From the NCBI GenBank assembly GCA_010909165.1, contig MU008165.1:1860001-1924000 (forward strand): DNA of 64,000 nucleotides, given 5' to 3'. The notes beneath the pieces were generated by a model. It was not told the origin of the DNA and did not search any database. It saw only the letters and a list, made by a program, of their open reading frames with translations. Shown piece by piece: positions 48,592 to 60,166 of this stretch (positions are counted from its first letter, which is position 1; the number at the start of each line of letters is the position of its first letter). The position numbers and the translations under genes were made by a program. The DNA is from Anthoceros angustus. Lineage: Eukaryota > Plantae > Anthocerotophyta.

Positions 48592-49610
48592 CTCCTCACG
48601 ACGCGTACGCTCCACGAGGTCCAATTCACCACCTACCAACACATTGCGGCCTGCGCTGCCCTGCCCCGAGCCGCCCCGGCGCGGACCCGGGAGCTGCAGC
48701 AGAAATCAGGTCCGGCAATGTACCAGCAGCTCCAGATTCTTCACCTTGCAAATCACACAACAGATTGAGCTCAGCGTCGTGCGCCCCCTGCTCGCCGCCC
48801 GCTTCGAGCTTTTTCCAAGCTTTGGCTGGTGACACTACAAGTCTCCATGGGAGGTGTACACAGCATGCACGGAAGCGTCGCTGCTTTCCATAAGCTCCGA
48901 CTGACTGCCTGCAGCCTCCTATGAAACAAAGCACAAAGGCGCCGCGGGGCCCGCGCGGACAGCAACATTTGCAAACCATCCGCTTCCGTGCGCACATCAC
49001 GCACTTTAAATCTTTCAATTTTTATTGTTATCAGGTGGCTAGTGGCATGTTGCGACTCCACATTTTCACTTTATCATGTTGAACGAAGTCTTTGATCTAC
49101 CTAGCCCACTTGTCTAGGCTTCTAGCATGATATATTTTGAATTAGAATAGGATAGGCTAACCCATCATAAATCTCTAATTGGAAGTCATTCGGTGTGTCT
49201 TTAATAGGCTCAGGTTATGTGGGTTAGTATAAGTTTGAAGTATGTAGTCATAACTTTTGCACATTGTAGTTTGTTCTTTAATATTAACCCCTTATGGCCG
49301 AACCCACTAGGACTCAAATCAAAGAGCCAACGTTTGAAGCCTTCTGGAATTTTATGAACAATTGATTGAGAAAAACCTGCAGCACACCTCTAGGCTCTAG
49401 CACATTGAATTTACAACCTAAAAGTCTGACCCTTCTTCATCCTCTTTCTACGGCTAGTTTAGCTTGAGAACTTGACCCAAGGAACTATAGCTTGAAAATT
49501 AGGCTTCGTGAAACTAATGAGGATCCAAACAAAAATGAAGTTCTATATAGAGTTCAAAATTAGAACTTCAAAAATATATATCTATATAATCATAAACTAT
49601 CACAATCTAA

Positions 49611-49667
49611 TCATTCTCGATACGGGTAATCAAAGGGTTCGGGAACATATCCAGCAGTGTCATCATC

Positions 49668-49699
<32 letters not shown>

Positions 49700-50430
49700 C
49701 ATCTTCACTAGTTGGCGACACGGCAGCAGGCGCTGTAATAGATGAAGAGGCTACGGGAGCAGGCCCAATCGAAGGAGACTTGGTGGCGGAGGCCGTGGGA
49801 GGTGGCACAGTGGTGGAGGCCGTGGGAGGTGGCACGGTGGTGGAGGTCGTGGGAGATGGCAAGGTGGCGGAGGATGTGGGAGGTGGCACGGTGGCGGAGG
49901 ATGTGGGAGGTGGCACGGTGGCGGAGGATGTGGGAGGTGGTATAGTGGTCGAGGTTGTGGGAGGTGGCACAGTGGCGGAGGTCGTGGGAGGTGGCACAGT
50001 GGCCGAGGTCGTGGGAGGTGGCACAGTGGAGGAGGCCAAGGGCATGAGAAGAGGCCTAATTGATCACAGTACAAAAAGAGGTTGATGGGCTGAGTTGGTT
50101 CAATCAAGAGGTTGATGGAGCTGGAGTTGGTTCGATCGAAGAGGTTGACATCACAACAAGAGGTTGATGGAGCTGGAGTTGGTTCAATCGAAGAGGTTGA
50201 TGGAGCTGGAGTTGGTTCAGTCGAAGAGGTTGTGGAGCCGCTAGTCGAAGACATTGACGAAATGGAGTTGGTTGATTGAAGAGGTGACGGAGGTGTCACC
50301 GTCGAAGAGATTGTCCGCGATCGAAGACGCGTTGTGAGCCGAGTTGGTTCGATCGAAGAGGTCAAGGAGTATCCATCGAAGAGGTTGATGGAGCTGGAGT
50401 TGGTTCAGTCGAAGAGGTTGACGGAGCTAT
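49611..50430 (-). repeat. Coding-type repeats continuing the GDSL gene: 33-bp (IEPTPAPSTSS), 27-bp (SSATVPPPT x~10) and a poly-Asp (GAT)n tract
   Basis: Visible periodicities. Frameshifts break the reading frame between ~50050 and 50480; ORF 49611-50045 ends SEDDDDDDDGDDDDDDDTAGYVPEPFDYPYRE. Confidence 0.8.
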
Positions 50431-51683
50431 CACCGAAGACGCGTTAGAGTTGGTTCGATCGAAGAGGTCAAGGAGTCGCCACGAAGACGCTGATTGAGTT
50501 GAGTTGGTTCATCGAAGAGGTTGACGGAGTCAGAGAAGAAGATGTCAAGCCGCACACTTGAAGATGGTGCTTCACTTGAAGAAGGACCAATAATTACTTC
50601 AATCTCAAAAACAATTTCTTGTACATTCCCCTTGAATGCAATATCACATTCAAAGGTTCCATTGAAAAAGTTTTGAGCAAGGATTTTATTGACATGTTGT
50701 CCAGCATGAAAAGCATCCCACCATGGAAAATGTTTTGCATTCGAACAAGCCACAGTTCCATTCAAACAATAAGTTTCTCCATTAAAAGCTCCTCCTCCAC
50801 AACATGCTATGTTTTCCTGAAATCCATAATGAGAAATATTTTTTATCACGTCACGAGTAACATTAAATGCAGGAGCCAGAAATACTCTTGAGCCAGAAAT
50901 TCCATTATCTTGCTGAAGAATATCTTTAAGATCAGCTTGAAGCCTAGCATTATAATTTGATATTCTCTCATTGATATAATGCAAACATCTGCCTGAAGTA
51001 TTCGTTGCATTATCTCTAGCTAATAAAAATGGCATACATCCTAGAGGTTGAACATCTGCAATGACAAAATTCCGTGCTCCTTCGTCATAAAGCTCTTCAA
51101 TAATATCCCTAAGTTCTTGTAAAAGGCTTGTTTCATATTCCCCTTCTGTATCATTCGCAGTCAAGAAATGTTCAATCCAATCATCATTTCCCGCTGAGAT
51201 ATAAAATAACGAATTTGCTACATGCTGATCATAATTTGTTGGATCTTGTTGGCGAAGTTGAGACAATGTATCTTCTCTAAAGAACATAACTTGATCTCTT
51301 AAGGGAATAACGTCCCCATAACGTTCACCAGTACTGCGAAGTATACCAGATCTCGCTGATCCATAATTCACACCCACACCCGAACTGTTATTATCCGGGC
51401 TTAAATAAGGGATTGGACGACCTCTCAAGCTAAGATGGTGAGCCAAGAAATCAACAGCAAGAAAACCGTTGGTATGTCGACCAGTAGCTTGATGATCAAT
51501 AAAATCTTGTCCAAAAGGTGGAAAATCCGCTCTTGCTAAACCTTGAGTGTTTCGATGCTGATTGTTGCCTGCATCAACAGTTCCGTCTCCAAAAACATAC
51601 AATCCAGTAACATTTTGAGCAATTGTGAAACACAATTGACTCAAAAGAAACAAGAAACTTGTGAAAAGAGTGACCTTCCTCAT
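50430..51683 (-). CDS. Secreted GDSL/SGNH esterase-lipase-like protein, intronless, catalytic Ser absent
   Basis: Signal peptide MRKVTLFTSFLFLLSQLCFTIA; LYVFGDGTVDAGNN, PPFGQDF, ATGRHTNG, GVNYGSARSGIL, LYDEGARNF, PLGCMP, ACCGGG, WWDAFH. Confidence 0.9.
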   Translation of the reverse strand: MRKVTLFTSFLFLLSQLCFTIAQNVTGLYVFGDGTVDAGNNQHRNTQGLARADFPPFGQDFIDHQATGRHTNGFLAVDFLAHHLSLRGRPIPYLSPDNNSSGVGVNYGSARSGILRSTGERYGDVIPLRDQVMFFREDTLSQLRQQDPTNYDQHVANSLFYISAGNDDWIEHFLTANDTEGEYETSLLQELRDIIEELYDEGARNFVIADVQPLGCMPFLLARDNATNTSGRCLHYINERISNYNARLQADLKDILQQDNGISGSRVFLAPAFNVTRDVIKNISHYGFQENIACCGGGAFNGETYCLNGTVACSNAKHFPWWDAFHAGQHVNKILAQNFFNGTFECDIAFKGNVQEIVFEIEVIIGPSSSEAPSSSVRLDIFFSDSVNLFDEPTQLNQRLRGDSLTSSIEPTLTRLR

Positions 51684-51920
51684 TATTGTGAAACCCAAAA
51701 TAATACCTATCAAATCACACCACAAAAATTCAACAAAGTAAAACGTTAATATAAATCAATCTATAAAATCTCATCAAAGACGAGCAAATGCTTGAGGAGA
51801 CATATCTCTACCAGGAGAAGAAAATGCTAGAGTATGTGGCACATAATCTGTGCCACAAAGGGATGTTCTAGACAAATTTATAATAGACCAAAGCATGCAA
51901 GTACCACACATTCTACCTTT

Positions 51921-52140
51921 TCACATTATGGCTATAAAATACACTAAAACTTAATGTAAGGATAATATTTATTTGTCACATCATGGCTCTAAAAAACACT
52001 AAAACTTAATGTAAGGATAATATTTATTTGTCACATTATGGCTCTAAAAAACACTAAAACTTAATGTAAGGATAATATTTATTTGTCACAATATGGCTCT
52101 AAAAAATACTAAAACTTAATGTAAGGATAATATTTATTTG
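51921..52140. repeat. 55-bp tandem array x4, upstream of the GDSL-like gene
   Basis: TCACATTATGGCTCTAAAAAACACTAAAACTTAATGTAAGGATAATATTTATTTG-like units start at 51921, 51976, 52031 and 52086. Confidence 0.93.
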
Positions 52141-52339
52141 CCTTCGTAGACCTCTTAATTCAGTACCTCTCAATGGAGCTGCTCAATGTGTTCCACATCA
52201 TTCATCTGGTGCATGCCAAAGCCTTCCAGATCATTCATCTGGTGCCTTCCAAGGCCTTCTAGATCATTCGATTGTCAGCTTAATTCAGATTTCTGAATTG
52301 AATGCTTCCATTTTCGGATTGTATACTTCCGCATTGGAG

Positions 52340-53390
52340 CTTCCATATCGGAGTAGCAGGAAGCGGCTTAAAAGTAAAGCTCTCTAAGTGCCGCGTTTGG
52401 TCCCCGTCGAGTATCCTCCCACTTTGCAGTTCCCTACTGGGGAGATTGCTCCGGCCTTGGGTCTATAGATTTTGGGGGTCCCCTTCGGCTTCCCTGACTT
52501 CATTAGGAGCTTCCTAGACCAAGCTCTCATGGAGGACTTGTCCCATGTCGAGGACCTCCCCCTGTTGGCGATGCTCAAGTGGCCTTTGGATTTCTTTCCT
52601 CCTGTTTTGCTAGGTGCCCTGGTTACCTCATCCGTATGCTCCCCCGACTTCGGTTCTCATATCTTGACTTCAGGGGTTTGACAGGAAGATAATGGATACT
52701 CTTGGTGACGCGTTCGCCTTCTCTCACTGGAGGTTTCTTCCCCGGTGGCGTTTTTAGGTAGTTGGGCCCTATCAGCTCCTGCTCTGGCCTCTCGCTTCAT
52801 CCTCCAGGACAGGCCTTTTCTGGAGGATCTTGTGTCTAGTGTGGAGGAGGGAACCTTCTCTTTCCAAATTTCCTTGAGGCAGGCCAGGGAATTGCTTTCT
52901 GCGGATGCTCGGTGGAATTTTCCTCCTTTCTCGACGTTTATCTCCGATGGTTTCAAGGGGTTGCAGGCGTTGTTGCTTGAGAAGCAGCTTGGCCAGGCTT
53001 TCCAGTCCGTCCTCTTGGACTCATATATCTCTATGTCCACGAGAGCTCGGCTTCGCTCTTGTTACAGTAAGGCGCGCGGCTTCCCAGCTTGTCCATGTTG
53101 TGGGTTTTATCATCGCACCAGTCACCTTCACCACTGCGATGTGATTCCGTCTTGGCTTGCTTTGTGCCACATCCTACCACGCCCGCAGGCCAGGCGCGGG
53201 GTTGCCCCTTTCTTATTTTATAGCTTACTTCAAACAGCGAGTCTCCATTGCCCTTCAAAGGGCCATCTCGACAACAATTCTTCACAAGGTGACGACGGCA
53301 AGTGATGCTTCTTCCTCTTCTTCGGTCATTTGCAGGCCATTTGTTCTTCGTGCATATGATGTTCTAGGAGTAGTAGATAATTTTAGGTAA
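52340..53390 (+). mobile_element. 5'-truncated, internally deleted CRE-like non-LTR retrotransposon
   Basis: End of RT (LKVKLSKCRVW, ILGVPFG), ARLRSC, and C-terminal AYFKQRVSIALQRA; frameshifted. Confidence 0.7.
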
Positions 53391-53745
53391 AGGTTTAGTC
53401 GTTCTTTTTCACCTTGACTCTCGAGATCCACTGATGCTATATGGATTTTTCCCCATCGTTTTTTCCCTCAATATAACATGTTTTATGAGTAGCAGGATAA
53501 ACCATACACTAAAATCAGGTGTAAAAACAGGTGAATCGGGAAAACAGGTGAATCGGGAGTCGAGGCTTTGATGGCGCTCCCGCCGACGCCCCGACAGGAA
53601 TGTCGGGTATTTTACACCACTAATGGATGCTCGTTTGTTCCACTGACTTGGATCCAGTTTATCCCATATTCACTCCTGTGTACCTGGAAGCCGCATCTGG
53701 AGGCGCGGGTGAGTTGGCCCAGATGGAGGGATTCCGTCTGTGGGC

Positions 53746-54867
53746 ATGGCCGGCAGGGTTTTCATTAAAGGCACGGGCGTGCCCTTCGGAAGGGCAGGGA
53801 CCACATTTCCCCTTCTTGGCAATCGCAGGTGTGTGAGCGGGCCGGTGAGAGCTCGTCGTGCCGGTGTGAGAGCCAGCAGCCAGCTTTCCGGCATGGTGAA
53901 GGCCGTACGAGTGCACGAGCTGGGGGGGCCTGAGGTCCTGAAGCTGGAGGAGGTGGAGGTGGGGGAGCCCGGGAGCGGGGAAATCCGCATCCGGCACCAG
54001 GCAATTGGGCTCAACTTCATAGATGTCTACTTCCGGAAGGGGGTTTACAAGGCGGCCAGCCTGCCCTTCACTCCGGGCATGGAGGGCGTGGGAGTGGTGA
54101 CGGCAGTCGGGCCGGGTCTGACAGGCCGGCAGGTCGGGGATGTGGTGGCGTATGCTGGGACCATGGGAGCGTATGCCGAGGAGCGGCTCATTGCAGCGGA
54201 GAAGGTGGTGCCTGTGCCGTCCACTCTGGATGCTGCTACTGTGGCGGCTGTGCTGCTGAAGGGCATGACGGCGCAGTTTCTTGTCCGGAGGTGCTTCAGA
54301 GTGGAGCCCGGGCACCATGTGTTGGTGCATGCGGCGGCTGGGGGGGTGGGGTCTCTGCTCACCCAGTGGGCTAGGGCTTTGGGTGCTGTGGTTATTGGGG
54401 TGGTGTCGACAAGGGAGAAGGCTGCCCAGGCTACTGAGGATGGGTGTAATCATGTGATTGTCACCGCCGAGGAGGATTATGTGCCGAGGGTGAAGGAGAT
54501 CACTGATGGGAAGGGGGTGGATGTGGTGTATGACTCCGTGGGGAAGGATACGTTTCAGGGGTCCCTCGATTCTCTGGCTGTGCGAGGGTACATGGTGAGC
54601 TTTGGGAATGCTTCTGGGGTTGTGGATCCTGTTCCTATTCAGGCCCTGGCAGCCAAGTCGTTGTTCCTCACCAGGCCCTCGTTGATGCAATATACCGCCA
54701 CCAGGGATGAGCTGCTGTCAACTGCAGGTGAGTTGTTTGCGCAGCTGTCCTCCGGTGTGTTGAAAATCCGTGTGAATCAGACTTATCCCCTGTCGGAGGT
54801 TGCCAAGGCTCATGCGGATTTGGAATCTCGCAAGACCACAGGCTCTACTGTCATAATTCCTGGTTAG
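53746..54867 (+). CDS. NADPH:quinone oxidoreductase (zeta-crystallin/MDR family), intronless, with putative organellar transit peptide
   Basis: MVKAVRVHELGGPEVL, AIGLNFIDVYFRKG, VLLKGMTAQFL, VHAAAGGVGSL, VVYDSVGKDTF, KSLFLTRPS, HADLESRKTTGS. About 46 Arg/Ser/Gly-rich residues precede the mature domain. Confidence 0.95.
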   Translation: MAGRVFIKGTGVPFGRAGTTFPLLGNRRCVSGPVRARRAGVRASSQLSGMVKAVRVHELGGPEVLKLEEVEVGEPGSGEIRIRHQAIGLNFIDVYFRKGVYKAASLPFTPGMEGVGVVTAVGPGLTGRQVGDVVAYAGTMGAYAEERLIAAEKVVPVPSTLDAATVAAVLLKGMTAQFLVRRCFRVEPGHHVLVHAAAGGVGSLLTQWARALGAVVIGVVSTREKAAQATEDGCNHVIVTAEEDYVPRVKEITDGKGVDVVYDSVGKDTFQGSLDSLAVRGYMVSFGNASGVVDPVPIQALAAKSLFLTRPSLMQYTATRDELLSTAGELFAQLSSGVLKIRVNQTYPLSEVAKAHADLESRKTTGSTVIIPG

Positions 54868-55414
54868 AAGATCACAGGATCCACTTTCAGGCTTCTTGCT
54901 TTCTGAGACACGTTTATAAAGGCTACTTCCTGGATAAAGACTAGTTGCAGTGGCCTTTCTTGAGCTTCGATCCACAGCCAATATAGTTCAGGCTACCTTC
55001 AAAATTGTACAGGCAGTTGAAGGTGGGACTGCCAGACACGACACCTAATGTATGGGTCACAAGAGTTATCCTGAATACAAAACTACTTGCAATGCCAACA
55101 GCATCTGACGACCTGATACCAATTACAAAACCTGGAAAGCATCTCTCGGCACCCAGGTTCAACACAGATGTGCATCCCAAACCTCCATCCATGCTCTTTC
55201 TAAAAACCCCCAGGCTCCTGTTGATATGGTATCTAAACTCTAGTGGGGTCCTTCAACCACGAAGTTCTCTATAGAATGGTCTATAGAATGGTTAACCCTA
55301 AGTCCACTATGAAGAATTTATTTTATCTACTTATATCTATTAAAATAAAAGAAAAATATTATTGATAATCGATTTAGATTGCCACAACGAATTTCATGCC
55401 AAATATGGGTTTCG

Positions 55415-55760
55415 AACCCAAGACTTTAGGCACCCCGAACCCAAGACTTAAGGCACCCCAAACCGATGTCCCAGTCTAAAATGTGCTCGGCCAACCAACT
55501 CGGCCAAACCTATGTCCCAATCTAAAATGTGCTCGGCCAACCAACTCGACCAAACCGATGTCCCAGTCTAAAATGTGCTCCTCCAACCAACTCGGCCAAA
55601 CCGATGTCCCACTCTAAAATGTGCTCGGCCAACCAACTTGGCCAAACCGATGTCCAAGTCCAAATGTGCTCGGTTAAATATATATCATACTCTAAATGTG
55701 CAAATGTGCTCAGTTAAATATAAGTCATACTCTAAATGTGCAAATGTGCTCGCTGAAACC
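55415..55760. repeat. Compound tandem array: 23-bp x2, 46-bp x~4.5 (starts at 55460, 55506, 55552, 55598, 55644), 40-bp x2
   Basis: AAACCGATGTCCCAGTCTAAAATGTGCTCGGCCAACCAACTCGGCC units with no unique spacers. Confidence 0.9.
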
Positions 55761-56416
55761 GATGTCGTACTCTAGATGTGCACTTGGGTAACCCCATAGC
55801 GCTGCGTATTTGCACATATCTTTTTTGTCTTTGAAAAACTCATGAGCATGATACGAGACTTTGCTTGAGCTCAATTTTGGTGAGTGTGTTCAGCGCTCTT
55901 TAAGGATATGGCCATAAAGTTTGCCAAGCCGGTTGGGGATTGTACTTTTATAATTGAGAGAAAATTCCCCGCCAATTTGTTAAGCACTATAGTTTTCTAG
56001 TAGTTGGGCCTACGACTAGATGTGCTCCTCCTCTTGTGTCATTAAGAGGAGGTGACTCCTCTCACCACTTTGACCTCCTTTCTATCATCTACATGGATAG
56101 TGCAACGGCACAGTCTTCTTTGACCGCCGGTAAGACACACCTGATGCTTGTCGTTCCTTCCTCCATTCTTGTCACAATATCCTGAAGTCTTAGCTGTTGG
56201 ATTGAGTACGGAGTCATCCACATCTAGCCCCCCTAATGAAATAGTTAAGTCACCTAAAGTTAGGTTGACTCTATGCTAGTGGTTTTATGAACAGTTATAA
56301 CCACTTACATAACTTTTGTATATATGCTTGATTTTCCCATGAACTTAATAACTGCTTTTCATTTTACCATGTGTTGCCGCACCCGCCGTGCCCTTGAATG
56401 ATCCACACTCGCTTTA

Positions 56417-56428
56417 TGGTATCAGAGC
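56417..56428 (+). other. Primer-binding site (tRNA-iMet) of the copia element
   Basis: TGGTATCAGAGC directly upstream of the gag region. The 5' LTR lies upstream, but its start was not resolved. Confidence 0.85.
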
Positions 56429-56584
56429 TCTAGGCAATCAATACGAGCGCCCATGTGTGGCGAGGCACGATGCCTAAGAGAGGGATTGCCTCATGTGCGC
56501 CTAGGCGGAAGGTCAACATAGAAGTTGATCACTTTCCCCTCACCAGAACTGGTTTTGTCTGCACAACTTGCCAGGAGAATTATC

Positions 56585-59500
56585 ATCATTCCGTTTCCCG
56601 GCAATCTTCACTTAGGCTTCCAAAACCCGCCTAGGCGCAGCAGAGCCCATCACCCTCCGTAGAATCAAGACGGCGTGTCGCACCCGCCACGGCATCTCGC
56701 TCGAGGCGGCCCGACAAAGAAAAAGGAAAGTGAAGTCCTTTCATGCCGTGCTAAGGTGCGTGAACTTGTGATTTGGTTGAGAGCCTCACCGCATCACGCA
56801 ACTCTACCTCCGATGTCGGACCATCGAACTCCAAGCGCATGAAGTTTGTGGAGCTCGACGCTTGTTGCGAAAGCGACCCCCCACCGATTTCTGCTTGAGT
56901 TGGATGTGATGCCGCCTAGGACACGCCCGGATCCTCCTCAAGAAGAGGACTTGACTTAGATTCCGGCGGCATCAGAGCGGATCGATCCCGATCCACCGCG
57001 GTGAAGAACGCTATAGGCGTCCGGATTTCAATTTTGAGTTCGGGCTTCCTAGAGAACCACCAAGGTGCTCGTGAAGGGCCACGAGGAGGTTTTGGCTATT
57101 ACCCCGTGGTTCCTTTGGGGAGCGACACCTGATCTCCCCGAGCAATGAACCACGCCCAACCACAACCGGAGGGATCGTCCCGCTACGACAACTACGCGAC
57201 GACTTCCACATCACCGACGGGCATCCACCTCAACTATGGCCGCTCTTCCTCAACCCGCCTTGAAGATCGATTTGGGGACAAGGATCGTTTAATGGAAACG
57301 ACTACAACACTGGTCATTGAGATTGACCCGGATATTTGAGGAAAATGAGTTGATGTCGGTAGATGGAAGTGAAGTATGCCAGCAGAACAGTACAAATGCA
57401 GCAGACGTTCTCGATCGGAAACGAAGGGAGTGGAGAGCACGCTCAATCCTCATAGCTTCTCTTGATGAAACATGCCTCACACCTTGGGTGCTACCACCTC
57501 AGTGTATGGCATAGTTCGAGATTTACAAGGATAAGAGTAATGCATCCTGTGTTTGCACAGTGACTTCTTTGGCATGAGGATGAGGGACAACGAATGCTTG
57601 AATCCTATATTAACCGCTTGATCGCACGAGCTACCTTGGCATCTTGTGGCACAACCCTTACAGAGGAACAAGCCGGGACCAACATAGCTTCACTTCCGCA
57701 GAGCTACAGCCATTTTATGAGTTCACTGCGGCATCCTCTCGCCGCATGAGCTGCCCGCCTTACACTGGACCAACTGATAGGGGCTTTGCTAGTCAAGAGC
57801 GCACTAAGGGTTTTCATAAGGGAAAGGAGACTTCCCAACAACATTTTAGTTCGAGAGTTCTATTTTCGCCGAGGCGAGGGAGCTTTCGTGGACGTGGTCA
57901 TGGAGGACAAGGTCGAGGGGCTATTCCACGCTAAACACCCAAATCTCCAAAGGAAGACTTTTACTTGTAATCGTGTAAGATCCCGTGACATTTTGAGAAG
58001 GATCAGAAGAAGCGTCGGAGAGCCACGCAAGGATGGATCGCTCCTAATCCAACCTAGCCACGCCAAGCCATCAACAACGCTAAGTCACCTTCCATTCTTG
58101 CCGCTTTGTTTAGCTTCGGTTCAAATCTTATGACATGTGGTTTTGGACTCGGGGCTACTAGCCACATTTGTTACGATAGGCGTGCTTTCCATGAGTTCTT
58201 ACCACCGATAGTCAGATGCGTCTTATTAGGTGATGATAGTGGTCCATCCATTAAAGGTTCAGCTCACCACCCTCGAAATTCCATCACGATGATTCTCACA
58301 GTGTCCTGTTTGTCCCAGCCATGACTAAAAATCTAATGTCACTATTAAGCTTTCGAGAACACTCAGAGAATTTGTTTTGATCATTCCGTTCCGGCAATCT
58401 TCACTTAGGCTTCCTGCAACCGTTCTAGGCGCAGTGTGAGCCCATCACCCTCCGTAGGATCAAGACGGCGTGTCTGCACCCGCCACGGCATCTCGCTCGA
58501 GGGCCCGACAAATGTAAAAGGAAAGTGAAGTCCTTTCATGCCGTGCTAAGGTGCGTGAACTTGTGATTTGGTTGAGAGCCTCACACCGATAACGCAACTC
58601 TACCTCCGATGTCGACCATCGAACTCCAAGCGCATGAAGTTTGTGGAGCTTGCGAGAAAGCGACCCCCTACTGATTTCCTGTTTGAGTTGGATGTGATGC
58701 CGCCTAGGACACGTCCAGATCCTCCTGAAGAAGAGGACTTCGACTTAGATTCTGGCGGCATCGTAGAGCCAGATCAGTATCCTGATCCACCGCGTGGTGA
58801 AGAACGCTATAGGCGTCCGGATTTCAATTTTGAGTTCGGGCTTCCTAGAGAACCACCTGAAGGTGCTCGTGAAGGGCCACGAGGAGGTTTTGGCTACTAC
58901 CCCCGTGGTTCCTTTGGGGAGCAGACACCTCTGATCTCCCGAGCAACACGCCCAACCACAATCGGAGGGACTTTTCCGCTACGACAACACCGCGACGACT
59001 TCCACATCAGCCTCGACGGGGGCATCCACCTCAACTATGGCCGCTGCTCTTCCTCAACCTGCCTTGAAGATCGATTTCAGGGACAAGGATCGTTTCAAAC
59101 GACTACAACACTGGTCATTGAGATTGACCCATATTTGAGGAAAATGAGTTGATTGGTAGATGGAAGTGAAGTATGCCAGAAGTGTACAAATGCAGACGCT
59201 CGATCGGAAACGGCGACAGGAGAGCACGTTCAATCCTCATAGCTTCTCTTGGCGAAACATGATGCCTCACACCTTGGGTGCTACCACCTCGCTTGTATGG
59301 CATAGTTTCACGACAAGGATAAGAGTAATGCATCCCGTGTTTGCACAGTGACTTCTTTGGCATGAGGATGAGGGACAACGAATGCTTGAATCCTATATTA
59401 ACCGCTTGATCGCACGAGCTACCTTGGCATCTTGTGGCACAACCCTTACAGAGGAACAAGCCGGGACCAACATAGCTTCACTTCCGCAGAGCTACAGCCA

Positions 59501-60166
59501 TTTTATGAGTTCACTGCGGCATCCTCTCGCCGCATGAGCTGCCCGCCTTACACTGGACCAACTGATAGGGGCTTTGCTAGTCAAGAGCGCACTAAGGGTT
59601 TTCATAAGGGAAAGGAGACTTCCCAACAACATTTTAGTTCGAGAGTTCTATTTTCGCCGAGGCGAGGGAGCTTTCGTGGACGTGGTCATGGAGGACAAGG
59701 TCGAGGGGCTATTCCACGCTAAACACCCAAATCTCCAAAGGAAGACTTTTACTTGTAATCGTGTAAGATCCCGTGACATTTTGAGAAGGATCAGAAGAAG
59801 CGTCGGAGAGCCACGCAAGGATGGATCGCTCCTAATCCAACCTAGCCACGCCAAGCCATCAACAACGCTAAGTCACCTTCCATTCTTGCCGCTTTGTTTA
59901 GCTTCGGTTCAAATTGATGACATGTGGTTTTGGACTCGGGGCTACTAGCCACATTTGTTACGATAGGCGTGCTTTCCATGAGTTCTTACCACCGATAGTC
60001 AGATGCGTCTTATTAGGTGATGATAGTGGTCCATCCATTAAAGGTTCAGCTCACCACCCTCGAAATTCCATCACGATGATTCTCACAGTGTCCTGTTTGT
60101 CCCAGCCATGACTAAAAATCTAATGTCACTATTAAGCTTTCGAGAACACTCAGAGAATTTGTTTTG
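56585..60166. repeat. Tandem duplication of ~1.79 kb (56585-58379, 58380-60166) within the copia element
   Basis: ATCATTCCGTT occurs at 56585, 58380 and 60167; the copies are collinear. Confidence 0.95.

Noticed and set aside
46424-48832. Several Ser/Thr-rich + strand ORFs
   Set aside because: Antisense to the large acidic exon of the GRF-finger gene.
49508-50085. Poly-His and VGGG-repeat + strand ORFs
   Set aside because: Alternative readings of the (CAT)n tract and the 27-bp repeat; the - strand poly-Asp/Thr-Pro reading fits the GDSL gene orientation.
53659-54690. 343-aa His/Pro-rich - strand ORF
   Set aside because: Antisense shadow of the GC-rich quinone oxidoreductase CDS.
51921-55760. 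55-bp and 46-bp arrays as possible CRISPR arrays
   Set aside because: Head-to-tail repeats with no unique spacers, no cas genes, and a eukaryotic context.
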